Below are positions 1-12,614 of a stretch of 64,000 nucleotides of DNA, piece by piece. Made by a program: the position numbers and the translations under genes. Within the stretch, counting starts at the first letter, position 1; each line of letters begins with the position of its first letter. Under the pieces are notes generated by a model, which did no database searches, was not told where the DNA came from, and saw nothing but the letters and a program-made list of their open reading frames with translations. Source of the DNA: Macrostomum lignano (Eukaryota); assembly GCA_002269645.1 (NCBI GenBank), contig NIVC01001419.1:65095-129094 (forward strand), in the 5' to 3' direction.

Positions 1-3000
1 AGCTCTGGTTTCTCACCAACTGATTTAGTGTAGCATTGCACTGACCTTGTGCAAATCTACAAGCTCTGGTTTCTCACCAACTGATTTAGTGTAGCATTGC
101 ACTGACCTTGTGCAAATCTACAAGCTCTGGTTTCTCACCAACTGATTTAGTGTAGCATTGCACTGACCTTGTGCAAATCTACAAGCTCTGGTTTCTCACC
201 AACTGATTTAGTGTAGCATTGCACTGACCTTGTGCAAATCTACAAGCTCTGGTTTCTCACCAACTGATTTAGTGTAGCATTGCACTGACCTTGTGCAAAT
301 CTACAAGCTCTGGTTTCTCACCAACTGATTTAGTGTAGCATTGCACTGACCTTGTGCAAATCTACAAGCTCTGGTTTCTCACCAACTGATTTAGTGTAGC
401 ATTGCACTGACCTTGTGCAAATCTACAAGCTCTGGTTTCTCACCAACTGATTTAGTGTAGCATTGCACTGACCTTGTGCAAATCTACAAGCTCTGGTTTC
501 TCACCAACTGATTTAGTGTAGCATTGCACTGACCTTGTGCAAATCTACAAGCTCTGGTTTCTCACCAACTGATTTAGTGTAGCATTGCACTGACCTTGTG
601 CAAATCTACAAGCTCTGGTTTCTCACCAACTGATTTAGTGTAGCATTGCACTGACCTTGTGCAAATCTACAAGCTCTGGTTTCTCACCAACTGATTTAGT
701 GTAGCATTGCACTGACCTTGTGCAAATCTACAAGCTCTGGTTTCTCACCAACTGATTTAGTGTAGCATTGCACTGACCTTGTGCAAATCTACAAGCTCTG
801 GTTTCTCACCAACTGATTTAGTGTAGCATTGCACTGACCTTGTGCAAATCTACAAGCTCTGGTTTCTCACCAACTGATTTAGTGTAGCATTGCACTGACC
901 TTGTGCAAATCTACAAGCTCTGGTTTCTCACCAACTGATTTAGTGTAGCATTGCACTGACCTTGTGCAAATCTACAAGCTCTGGTTTCTCACCAACTGAT
1001 TTAGTGTAGCATTGCACTGACCTTGTGCAAATCTACAAGCTCTGGTTTCTCACCAACTGATTTAGTGTAGCATTGCACTGACCTTGTGCAAATCTACAAG
1101 CTCTGGTTTCTCACCAACTGATTTAGTGTAGCATTGCACTGACCTTGTGCAAATCTACAAGCTCTGGTTTCTCACCAACTGATTTAGTGTAGCATTGCAC
1201 TGACCTTGTGCAAATCTACAAGCTCTGGTTTCTCACCAACTGATTTAGTGTAGCATTGCACTGACCTTGTGCAAATCTACAAGCTCTGGTTTCTCACCAA
1301 CTGATTTAGTGTAGCATTGCACTGACCTTGTGCAAATCTACAAGCTCTGGTTTCTCACCAACTGATTTAGTGTAGCATTGCACTGACCTTGTGCAAATCT
1401 ACAAGCTCTGGTTTCTCACCAACTGATTTAGTGTAGCATTGCACTGACCTTGTGCAAATCTACAAGCTCTGGTTTCTCACCAACTGATTTAGTGTAGCAT
1501 TGCACTGACCTTGTGCAAATCTACAAGCTCTGGTTTCTCACCAACTGATTTAGTGTAGCATTGCACTGACCTTGTGCAAATCTACAAGCTCTGGTTTCTC
1601 ACCAACTGATTTAGTGTAGCATTGCACTGACCTTGTGCAAATCTACAAGCTCTGGTTTCTCACCAACTGATTTAGTGTAGCATTGCACTGACCTTGTGCA
1701 AATCTACAAGCTCTGGTTTCTCACCAACTGATTTAGTGTAGCATTGCACTGACCTTGTGCAAATCTACAAGCTCTGGTTTCTCACCAACTGATTTAGTGT
1801 AGCATTGCACTGACCTTGTGCAAATCTACAAGCTCTGGTTTCTCACCAACTGATTTAGTGTAGCATTGCACTGACCTTGTGCAAATCTACAAGCTCTGGT
1901 TTCTCACCAACTGATTTAGTGTAGCATTGCACTGACCTTGTGCAAATCTACAAGCTCTGGTTTCTCACCAACTGATTTAGTGTAGCATTGCACTGACCTT
2001 GTGCAAATCTACAAGCTCTGGTTTCTCACCAACTGATTTAGTGTAGCATTGCACTGACCTTGTGCAAATCTACAAGCTCTGGTTTCTCACCAACTGATTT
2101 AGTGTAGCATTGCACTGACCTTGTGCAAATCTACAAGCTCTGGTTTCTCACCAACTGATTTAGTGTAGCATTGCACTGACCTTGTGCAAATCTACAAGCT
2201 CTGGTTTCTCACCAACTGATTTAGTGTAGCATTGCACTGACCTTGTGCAAATCTACAAGCTCTGGTTTCTCACCAACTGATTTAGTGTAGCATTGCACTG
2301 ACCTTGTGCAAATCTACAAGCTCTGGTTTCTCACCAACTGATTTAGTGTAGCATTGCACTGACCTTGTGCAAATCTACAAGCTCTGGTTTCTCACCAACT
2401 GATTTAGTGTAGCATTGCACTGACCTTGTGCAAATCTACAAGCTCTGGTTTCTCACCAACTGATTTAGTGTAGCATTGCACTGACCTTGTGCAAATCTAC
2501 AAGCTCTGGTTTCTCACCAACTGATTTAGTGTAGCATTGCACTGACCTTGTGCAAATCTACAAGCTCTGGTTTCTCACCAACTGATTTAGTGTAGCATTG
2601 CACTGACCTTGTGCAAATCTACAAGCTCTGGTTTCTCACCAACTGATTTAGTGTAGCATTGCACTGACCTTGTGCAAATCTACAAGCTCTGGTTTCTCAC
2701 CAACTGATTTAGTGTAGCATTGCACTGACCTTGTGCAAATCTACAAGCTCTGGTTTCTCACCAACTGATTTAGTGTAGCATTGCACTGACCTTGTGCAAA
2801 TCTACAAGCTCTGGTTTCTCACCAACTGATTTAGTGTAGCATTGCACTGACCTTGTGCAAATCTACAAGCTCTGGTTTCTCACCAACTGATTTAGTGTAG
2901 CATTGCACTGACCTTGTGCAAATCTACAAGCTCTGGTTTCTCACCAACTGATTTAGTGTAGCATTGCACTGACCTTGTGCAAATCTACAAGCTCTGGTTT

Positions 3001-3723
3001 CTCACCAACTGATTTAGTGTAGCATTGCACTGACCTTGTGCAAATCTACAAGCTCTGGTTTCTCACCAACTGATTTAGTGTAGCATTGCACTGACCTTGT
3101 GCAAATCTACAAGCTCTGGTTTCTCACCAACTGATTTAGTGTAGCATTGCACTGACCTTGTGCAAATCTACAAGCTCTGGTTTCTCACCAACTGATTTAG
3201 TGTAGCATTGCACTGACCTTGTGCAAATCTACAAGCTCTGGTTTCTCACCAACTGATTTAGTGTAGCATTGCACTGACCTTGTGCAAATCTACAAGCTCT
3301 GGTTTCTCACCAACTGATTTAGTGTAGCATTGCACTGACCTTGTGCAAATCTACAAGCTCTGGTTTCTCACCAACTGATTTAGTGTAGCATTGCACTGAC
3401 CTTGTGCAAATCTACAAGCTCTGGTTTCTCACCAACTGATTTAGTGTAGCATTGCACTGACCTTGTGCAAATCTACAAGCTCTGGTTTCTCACCAACTGA
3501 TTTAGTGTAGCATTGCACTGACCTTGTGCAAATCTACAAGCTCTGGTTTCTCACCAACTGATTTAGTGTAGCATTGCACTGACCTTGTGCAAATCTACAA
3601 GCTCTGGTTTCTCACCAACTGATTTAGTGTAGCATTGCACTGACCTTGTGCAAATCTACAAGCTCTGGTTTCTCACCAACTGATTTAGTGTAGCATTGCA
3701 CTGACCTTGTGCAAATCTACAAG
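1..3723. repeat. 61-bp tandem satellite, about 61 copies, continuing off the left edge of the window
   Basis: Unit AGCTCTGGTTTCTCACCAACTGATTTAGTGTAGCATTGCACTGACCTTGTGCAAATCTACA repeats head-to-tail with a 1-nt shift per 60-nt line. No spacers and no variant units spotted. Confidence 0.98.
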
Positions 3724-3844
3724 AGACATATGAAGAGACAAGGAGAGTCAATCAGAGACCTTCTTGAGCTTTTAGTCAATCAAAAGAAAGAATTGATTCT
3801 TAGTTCCCGAATCTACCTTAAAGAAGACCTACTTTGCAGTTGTA

Positions 3845-4135
3845 AGGGGGTTGCAGCCCAGTGGTTAGAGCGTCAGACTCACGACTGAAAGGTTGGAGGT
3901 TCGATTCCAGGTCCCATCCTTGAGCAAGACACCTGACTCTGCAGATGTAAAATGGGTGCCAGCATTAACTGAAGTAACTGAGGGTGTGTGGCGACCCCGC
4001 AGTCCTTGGACTGAACAGCCGTACGCAGCCTTCAGATGCGCCGCGCAATAGCTGCGGCTGAGCTGTCGGTTGCACATCTGCTAATTAGGGCAGGTATAAT
4101 CAAATCAAAAGAAGACCAGTCTGTAGCAGTAAAAC
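3845..4135 (+). mobile_element. tRNA-derived SINE with a CORE-like body (copy 1)
   Basis: Pol III A-box-like TGGTTAGAGCG and B-box GGTTCGATTCC, then CCTTGAGCAAGACAC...TGTAAAATGGG. Homologous copies lie at 41070-41376 (-), 50140-50285 (-) and 63836-64000 (+). Confidence 0.85.
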
Positions 4136-4350
4136 TAACAGATTACAGTAAAGCAATTCATAATGCGTCACGTGAAGTGAACCTTTGCAACCCGATACTA
4201 TTGGATACTTTAGTCAAAGGTATTCAGTCTGTTTTGTGAATTGGTGATCTATTTCAGTGCACCTGTATTTTTGGCATAAGTAAAAAGCTTCTAATCAATG
4301 ATTTGAATCCTATCGACCGATCACTGAAGTGAAAATTAACTTTTTTTCAG

Positions 4351-4975
4351 ATACATAACGCTTCCACCGACGGTGTCCCTGGCTGTGAAGAGGCACCTGA
4401 GCTTCATTGTGGTGTCGAACTGTCACCCGTTTAATCGACGTCCTGAGATTCTGTCGGAGCTGTCCAAGCATATGGAGCTTCACATCTACGGCAGCTGCGG
4501 TGACAGAGTCCTGCCAGCCAGACAGAGCATAGCTGACCTTTCAAAGCAGTACTATTTCCACCTGAGCTTTGAGAACGCGTTTTGTCGTGATTACATCACG
4601 GAGAAGTTCTTCTCCAACGGGCTGAATGGCCACGCTGTACCAGTGACGTTTGCTGGCTACTCAAGAGAGGACATCGAGGCTGTGGCTCCGCCGCACTCCT
4701 TTCTGTATGCCGGAGACTTTAAATCGCCCATGGCACTGGCCGAGAGATTAAAAAGTTTAGCCGCTAATCCGACAGAGTACAGCGCCTATCACCGATGGAG
4801 AAGCTCATACGGATTTGTTAATCAAGACCAAAATCCGTCTTATAATTTGTTCTGCCAGATTTGCCGCAAACTGCGCGACAGCCACGCCGATTCCGCCATG
4901 CATCTGGATTTGAACAGATTCTATAACTCTGGTCGGCAGTGCAGACCACCAAATTATTACCCGTTTCATCGTTAG
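4351..4975 (+). CDS. Alpha-1,3-fucosyltransferase (GT10 family), terminal exon; upstream exons lie outside the window
   Basis: Acceptor TTTTTTTCAG ends at 4350. The GT10 motif YYFHLSFENAFCRDYITEKF is followed by VAPPHSF, DFKSPMALAERL and Y..YHRWR. Stop TAG at 4973-4975. Confidence 0.92.
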
Positions 4976-4983
4976 TAGCACTG

Positions 4984-5514
4984 GGTTCTCTTTGGGGCTC
5001 TCCCGTATCTGACTTGGTTCTCTTCGGGGCTCTCCCTGTCTCTGACTTGGTTCTCTTTGGGGCTCTCCCTGTCTCTGACTTGGTTCTCTTCGGGGCTCTC
5101 CCTGTCTCTGACTTGGTTCTCTTTGGGGCTCTCCCTGTCTCTGACTTGGTTCTCTTTGGGGCTCTCCCCTTCTCTGACTTGGTTCTCTTTGGGGCTCTCC
5201 CCGTCTCTGACTTAGTTCTCTTTGGGGCTCTCCCCGTCTCTGACTTAGTTCTCTTTGGGGCTCTCCCCGTCTCTGACTTAGTTCTCTTTGGGGCTCTCCC
5301 CGTCTCTGACTTGGTTCTCTTTGGGGCTCTCCCCGTCTCTGACTTAGTTCTCTTTGGGGCTCTCCCCGTCTCTGACTTGGTTCTCTTTGGGGCTCTCCCC
5401 GTCTCTGACTTGGTTCTCTTTGGGGCTCTCCCCGTCTCTGACTTAGTTCTCTTTGGGGCTCTCCCCGTCTCTGACTTGGTTCTCTTTGGGGCTCTCCCCG
5501 TCTCTGACTTGGTT
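4984..5514. repeat. 33-bp minisatellite, about 16 copies, with a further 2.5 copies at 5742-5824
   Basis: Unit GTCTCTGACTTGGTTCTCTTTGGGGCTCTCCCC. It explains the spurious LVLFGALPVSD ORF. Confidence 0.95.
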
Positions 5515-7191
5515 ATTGTTATGTCTTGAATTTAAAATAAGCTGCACAAGTCGTCAAGTGGTGCTGCAAAATAATTACGTACTTCTTACGCTCCAGACCT
5601 CTTAAGGTTTTTCTATATTTTAGCTTGCCACACAGCGGGCTTTAAAACTGGCACTGTCTCTTGACTTCATGCGAGCCCATAGATAAAAGCAAAACGGTCC
5701 AAACTGAAAACATAAATACAAGTACACAGCCAAGTCACATTAGTTCTCTTTGGGGCTCTCCCTGTCTCTGACTTGGTTCTCTTTGGGGCTCTCCCTGTCT
5801 CTGACTTGGTTCTCTTTGGGGCTCTGACAGACAGAACTGACTGACAGAACGATAAGCGCGTGCATTGCCTACCAAATTTTACGGTCTTGTTTTTACTAAT
5901 AAAGCCCTTTTTGTTTATATATGCATAAAATTTCAAACATTGCGTACAACATACAAAATGTTGTATTGTGGCAAAGTCGCTAGGCTTGCGTTTCTGTAAT
6001 GACGAGATACAGAGATTTAGCTAATTTGTTCTAATAAATACGAGCGTGTACAACTGCCAAATTTATCTAAATCAAGCGAGACGAAGCTTTACAAAAATGA
6101 AGCTCGCGTTAAAGATTAGATGAGGCATACAGGATCGTGGCTTTTGTGCATGAGCCTGCTAAGCGTTGTTTCTGAACTATTTTCGCTCCGTTTCTCAGTG
6201 CCAGTGTGTCCAGTCTACAAGAATGTTGAGCGCAAGGCTGCTTATATAAATTAGGAATTCTGCAACTTAGCTATTAGAAAAAAAGGAAATCTATAAAGCA
6301 TTCAGCATTGCTTTCCTGCCTACTAAAAGTAGCGTAAAATGTATAATTAGCCTGTTTGTATTATGAATAGCTGGGGCCAGTGTCATGAAGGAAGTACAAG
6401 TTTCTCACTATTGATACAGCAGAAAGAGGAGTGACAAAGGGGATGTCAAAATGGAGCCCGAGACATTCGGTCTGGACTTCTTTACGCCAGTCTCTTTTTT
6501 ATTTGGAGTCAAATAGCTCCCGTTATGCCTAAATGATGGGATTGGCTTTTTTCTGGAGTCTCAAGTTCAAATGAAATCCCCATCTATCTCGTTTCTCCCC
6601 ATAAAGATCCCCAAATGTCTCAAAGGTTTTAGGCGAAGTCGGTTCGGTTGTCGGTTTCATAAAACAAAACGTTGATTGCAAGTAAATTGATTACAATTGA
6701 CTACAATTTGTTACAATTGATTGTATTGATTACGTATAACCGCACCTCTGAAGTCCGTTAGTTCATTCTGCTACATTTGCGACCAATCTGAGGCGCATTC
6801 TCGCAAATTAGCCTGGATCTTATTTACTAAAACATCAGGAGCAGCTAATTAGAGTGCAGCGGTATAGGGGCGAGGCTGGTTGCTAGCCATGCCATGCAGT
6901 AGCTTTTCATTCGCTATTTTTCGCACGGATGCCTGCAACGCAGTCTCGCAGGAAATGGATTATTTTTGCATTGAAGACAGAAAAATGGGTCGGATAGGCG
7001 TTGAGTTCGGCAATTATGGGCTAGCCAGGCATTCTGAATAGTTGGGGAAAACTTCCCCGTGACGAAGCATTAGCGATGCCATTGGCTGGGCCAGGCTGCT
7101 TCGAGAGCATACAAAAGTCCCGTTTGGCTATGCCCTCATCCTTACTTTGACTCCATCTATCCGAACACAACGAATAGTTAGCATAGCATTG

Positions 7192-10153
7192 ATGCTACTA
7201 ATAGTAGTTGCAGTCTTGGCTTTACTGCTGCCGGCAGCACGAACTGCCATGTTGGATGCGCTGACCGCTTCAGCTTGCAGGCCCGGCTCAGTGGCTCTGG
7301 CGGCAGCAGTCAGTGCGGGAAGCTGCGAATCTGGCAACCTGCCAGTAGCCGGCTGGGAGACTCGCTTCCTGCGCGCTTTCGCTGCGTTTCACGCCGCAGA
7401 GCTGGCGAACGCGGATCCCAGCTTGGCGTTCGCGAACGCGTCGGGGCCAGCGGGATATCCGGCTTTGGGCCTCGTCTACCGGGACACCTGCTGGCGCGAG
7501 GACGTTGCGGCAGAGTTTGTCCGACGCCTGGAGCCGCACTGGCTCTATCCGGATGTGTACACTGGCAACTCCAGCGGCCTCTGCCGTCTGAGAGGTCAGC
7601 CCGGCTCTCGGCCGCTGTACTTCGTCCTGGGCCTTGTCGGCGGCTGGTACAGCTCGGAGACGCGAACAATGTCCCGCGTAGTGCAGCTTTCCGGCCTGCC
7701 GCAGGTGGCCACGGAGGCGAGCAGCGATCAGTTCAGCGACAAGTCCGAGTTCCCCAACCTGTTCAGGCTGGTGCCGCCGGACTCTTATCAGTCGCGCGTG
7801 CTGGCCGACGTTATTCTGCACTTCGGCTGGACCTACGTTGGGCTGTTCTACGCAGACACCGCCAACGGCAGCGGTCTGGCTTTGAAGCTACGAGAGGCGC
7901 TGCAGCCAACCAGAGTCTGTCTGGCTTTTTCCGTCGGAATGAACAAGTTGGTCACGAAGGATGTTCTGCTAACAAAGCTCAGAGCTGCTCAGGCCATGCG
8001 AGTTCTGGTTGTGGTGGAGCAATTGTACAACCTGCCGAAAGATGTTCTGGAGTACATTGGCAGCAGAGGCATTCTGTTGATTCTGACAGACATCAACTTT
8101 ACTGGCTTTAAGCACTACAGTAAATACGCGCTCACTGTATCCTTCAAGAGATTTCCTGCGCCAAGTATGATGGAAAAGTACCTGAACTTCACCTACTCTG
8201 ACTTTCTTCGCTACCCCTATGGCTTAGAGACTGCCAGAGCGCTTTTCAACTGTTCTGTCTGCACAAAGTGTTGTCAGTTGAACTCAAGCATAAGAGCTGG
8301 TTCAGTCTCCAAGTTCAACGCATCGGCAGTGATAGTTCCCGCTGCCAGAACTATTGATGCTGTACACTCCATCGCTAGAGCGATTAGCCAGGTAGCTACA
8401 GGACCAAACTGCTCAGCATATTTTCGCAATCGATTCGACGAGCCATTAATAAGCTGCATGACAAGCGACAAGTTGCTGTCAGCGTTGCGTTCTCAAAACT
8501 TCACCGGGCTGGCTGGAACTGTTGGCTACGACTCACACGGAGACGGCCTGCCGAACTACGTGGTTGAGCAGCAGGTGTCGGATGCGGATTCTGACACTCG
8601 AGTGGTTGCATCCTGGCAGGCTGGCAGTGGGTTAACTGTGCACTCGGACAGGCTTACCTGGCCTGCTGTCCCCCAGTCCCGGTGCAGCGAGCCCTGCTCT
8701 GCCGGCCAGTACCGCATGGATCTGGACATCTGCTGCTGGCTCTGTCGGGACTGTCGAACCAACGAAATTGTATCGAGCAACGGCAGTCTTTGTCTGGCTT
8801 GTGAAGCTTTCCAATGGCCGTCGGCGGACAGACTGAGCTGCAGTCCACTGCCCGTCACCCAGCCTGGCGGAGCTGTCGCGATCTACGCTATCAGCGGAGT
8901 CGGTTTCGTCTCTGCCGTCACCTCCGCAGGCTTTGTTGTCTGGCATCGCGGAGATCAGCTGTTGAAGGCGTCTTCGATAGAGCTGAGCCTATGCAGTCTG
9001 GCGGGAATCGCAGTGGGTTACGCCGACGCATTCGCCTTCATGTGGCCTCCGTCAACGCTGCTGTGCAACCTCAAAAACTGGCTGTTCCACCTTAGCCTGA
9101 CGCTGGCTTACGCCAGCCTGTTTGTCAAGACCGCCAGAATCTACCGGGTGTTTGCGAACTCAATGAGCGGTAGATCGAAAACCAGGTTCACGAGTCGCGC
9201 GTCTGTGCTCGCTGGAACCTTAATTATTCTTATGGTTCAGGTGAGTAAATATCGTTCAGATTTTTACGGATATTCAAGAAACTATGGTTTATTAATAAAT
9301 TCAGCTGCATTTTGTAGGAACTGCACTTACACTGCACTCTCTGCCCCAGGAGGTTCATGACTCTCTTGCCTAAACTTGCTTATTATTTACTAAGTCTCAA
9401 CCATCACTTCACCTCCACCCAAATATCTGCAGCAGTTCTTTGCAGCAGCTTTATTATCGTTGTAATTTTTTTGTTGTCCTTCGATTTTGAGGGCCACAGT
9501 GTGGTCAGAAAGTATATAAATATACTTGCCCCTCAGCGCCACAACAAACGCTCTAGGGAGGCAAACGTAGACTTCACACACATTTCTTATTAGTTACCCA
9601 GGTACGAACTTTTTCCGAATCCTCTAAGCGCCATTTGCATTCTCAGGCAGTCATTCTGACGGTGCTGACGTTGCTACAACCGATCGAGGTTATCCAGCTG
9701 CAGACGTCTGCTGTTCAGTCGTCAGACAGCTCAAAACCGGCTTCAGTTGAAGAGGACTGCAACTTCGTCCTTCAGATGACCGGCTGGGCTCCCCTAGCCT
9801 TCAATTTGATTCTGGTCCTAGCCACATCCGGGCTGTCGTTGCGAACCAGACACCTGCCGGAGAACTTTCACGACACCAAGTGCATCCTGGCGAGCTCAGC
9901 GTGCGCCGTGTTCCTCTGGACTGCCTTCGTGCCGGCCCTGCTGACTGCAGGACAGCTCGCCACGCAGTCCCTGCTCCTCTGCTTTGCTCTTCTATCAACA
10001 AACACCCTCGCCCTGGCGGTGCTGTTCGGGCCGAAGTTCTACGCGATTCTGGTCGGCTCAAGTAGGCATGGAAACTTCAATTTCTATGGAGGCGCCACTG
10101 TGCGCAATTGTGCCACTGCTGATAATGCCACAGAGGATCCTGGAGATAAGTAG
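7192..10153 (+). CDS. Class C GPCR, metabotropic glutamate receptor-like, about 851 aa; join(7192..9240,9647..10153)
   Basis: Signal peptide MLLIVVAVLALLLPAAR. Venus flytrap motifs (YRDTC, FSDKSEFPNLFRLVPPDSYQ, HFGWTYV). Nine-cysteine domain (PQSRCSEPC...CCWLC). 7TM motifs KASSIELS, KTARIYRVF, LPENFHDTKCI, FGPKFYAIL. Phase-0 intron CAG|GTGAGT ... TCTCAG|GCA. Confidence 0.93.
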
Positions 10154-10713
10154 TGATTTGGCAAAGACTGGAAGCTGGTAACGGCCAGTGGAGTTCCGGT
10201 TTTGACCAGTGTAGAAATGTTTAAAGTTTCACCCCTCCCCGTCTCGCTCAGTCCCAATGCTATGAGACAGACTTATAGTAGTCACTTACTGCAGATGAAA
10301 CCTACAAGGTAAAATGTTGGTGAGTTGATCTTTAAGTTTTACGTCCAGCTACTCTAGAAGACTCTGTTGTACCTCAAAAATCAATGCCTACACTGAAAAA
10401 AATATAACTTGAGAAAAAAATATTGTCTTAGACTGCTCTGTGTAGATTTTTTCTGGCAAAAAACACAAATTCCTGTATTTAAGCAATGAGTTTCTCTATT
10501 AAAAACCTGCTATAAAGAGTTCTGCACAATCGTTGTAAGATTGTCTCGGTTGACAGTGATATGATTTTTTGTTGATATCTAATCCAAGATCCCTAGAAAG
10601 TACAAGTACGCATGGGTACTTCATTTATAAGAAATTGCTTTAAAGGTAACTAACTGTAAAGTAGGTAAGTTGAAACAAACAATGCAATGAAAATACATTT
10701 TTTTAGGAAGCAT

Positions 10714-11903
10714 TTTAGCACCAGGGGCTTTAGCACCAGGGGCGCCAGCACCAGGGGCTTTAGCACCAGGGGCTTTAGCACCAGGGGCTTTAGCACCAGG
10801 GGCTTTAGCACCAGGGGCTTTAGCACCAGGGGCTTTAGCACCAGGGGCTTTAGCACCAGGGGCGCCAGCACCAGGGGCTTTAGCACCAGGGGCTTTAGCA
10901 CCAGGGGCTTTAGCACCAGGGGCTTTAGCACCAGGGGCTTTAGCACCAGGGGCTTTAGCACCAGGGGCGCCAGCACCAGGGGCTTTAGCACCAGGGGCTT
11001 TAGCACCAGGGGCTTTAGCACCAGGGGCTTTAGCACCAGGGGCGCCAGCACCAGAGGCGCCAGCACCAGGGGCGCCAGCACCAGGGGCTTTAGCACCAGG
11101 GGCTTTAGCAACAGGGGCTTTAGCACCAGGGGCTTTAGCACCAAGGGCTTTAGCACCAGGGGCTTTAGCACCAGGGGCGCCAGCACCAGGGGCTTTAGCA
11201 CCAGGGGCTTTAGCACCAGGGGCTTTAGCACCAGGGGCGCCAGCACCAGGGGCTTTAGCACCAGGGGCTTTAGCACCAGGGGCTTTAGCACCAGGGACTT
11301 TAGCACCAGGGGCTTTAGCACCAGGGGCTTTAGCACCAGGGGCTTTAGCACCAGGGGCTTTAGCACCAGGGGCTTTAGCACCAAGGGCTTTAGCACCAAG
11401 GGCTTTAGCACCAGGGGCTTTAGCACCAGGGGCTTTAGCACCAGGGGCTTTAGCACCAGGGGCGCCAGCACCAGGGGCTTTAGCACCAGGGGCTTTAGCA
11501 CCAGGGGCTTTAGCACCAGGGGCTTTAGCACCAGGGGCTTTAGCACCAGGGGCTTTAGCACCAGGGGCTTTAGCACCAGGGGCTTTAGCACCAGGGGCTT
11601 TAGCACCAGGGGCTTTAGCACCAGGGGCTTTAGCACCAGGGGCTTTAGCACCAGGGGCGCCAGCACCAGGGGCTTTAGCACCAGGGGCTTTAGCACCAGG
11701 GGCTTTAGCACCAGGGGCTTTAGCACCAGGGGCTTTAGCACCAGAGGCGCCAGCACCAGGGGCGCCAGCACCAGGGGCGCCAGCACCAGGGGCGCCAGCA
11801 CCAGGGGCGCCAGCACCAGGGGCGCCAGCACCAGGGGCGCCAGCACCAGGGGCGCCAGCACCAGGGGCGCCAGCACCAGGGGCGCCAGCACCAGGGGCGC
11901 CAG
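10714..11903. repeat. 15-bp minisatellite, about 79 copies, two main variants (GCACCAGGGGCTTTA and GCACCAGGGGCGCCA)
   Basis: Direct tandem units are visible. The array generates the spurious KPLVL and GFSTR ORFs. The same family recurs at 25940-27104. Confidence 0.97.
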
Positions 11904-12450
11904 GCCGTCATATAATTTTAGCAGAGAGTTTATGGGTCGAGGGTTTTCCTGTTTTTTTAGAAGATATAAGCTGTCCTCATTTCTTTTCTAGTCCTTGATG
12001 TTTCCTTACCCTGCTGTGTACCTGTACTACACGAGCTATAACATTAATTACTTACACAAAAGTACTTTGGACTTTCCCGTGTACTCTGGTCACGAGAGGA
12101 GAAGCTTCCTTTGATTAAATACTCTGCAGGGATCAGGATTAGGATAATGGATTTTTTGTTTAGTCGATACCAAATCCTGAGTGTTAGGCTCCTGACAGCT
12201 AAGTTATAGGTTGGCTTGCACAGAAAGCAACTGAGCTGCTTTCGGCATCGATACGAGCTGGGAAAATAGCTGTGACTGCATATTTGACTCTGCGAAATCG
12301 ACTTTCAACTCACCGTTGCTACGCTCGCATTACTCGATGCTAATACAGATTCGATGTAATGATTTGTTTCGTAATTACTATCTCTGAGGAATTAAAAACC
12401 TTAGATCTCCGTCCTTATTTGAGAATCTGTCTACTTTTTCACGAGCCATT

Positions 12451-12585
12451 CCTTTATCCTTAGGTCACTCTTTTATCCTTAGGTCACTCTTTTATCCTTA
12501 GGTCACTCTATTATCCTTAGGTCACTCTTTTATCCTTAGGTCACTCTTTTATCCTTAGGTCACTCTTTTATCTGTGGGTCACTCC
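12451..12585. repeat. 19-bp minisatellite, about 7 copies
   Basis: Unit GGTCACTCTTTTATCCTTA. Confidence 0.9.
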
Positions 12586-12614
12586 TTTTACAACTCTTTT
12601 TATCCGTGGATTCT

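Noticed and set aside
1-3723. CRISPR array (hairpin-containing repeat)
   Set aside because: Units are contiguous with no unique spacers, the context is eukaryotic, and there are no cas genes.
3845-3915. tRNA genes at the SINE heads (also 41300-41376 and 63836-63905)
   Set aside because: A/B boxes are present, but each runs into a shared SINE body, the copies are diverged, and I could not build a convincing cloverleaf.
3990-4090. Hammerhead or HDV-like ribozyme in the SINE
   Set aside because: No CUGANGA/GAAA core and no recognisable nested HDV pseudoknot.
10650-11991. Long ORFs made of repeats (also 4939-5529, 20197-21170, 24912-27335, 48541-49141, 52808-53471, 53813-55145, 56403-56819, 58098-59060)
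   Set aside because: They are open because the tandem units lack stops, and they are often open in several frames and on both strands. Many lie inside introns or immediately after the stop codons of well-supported genes.
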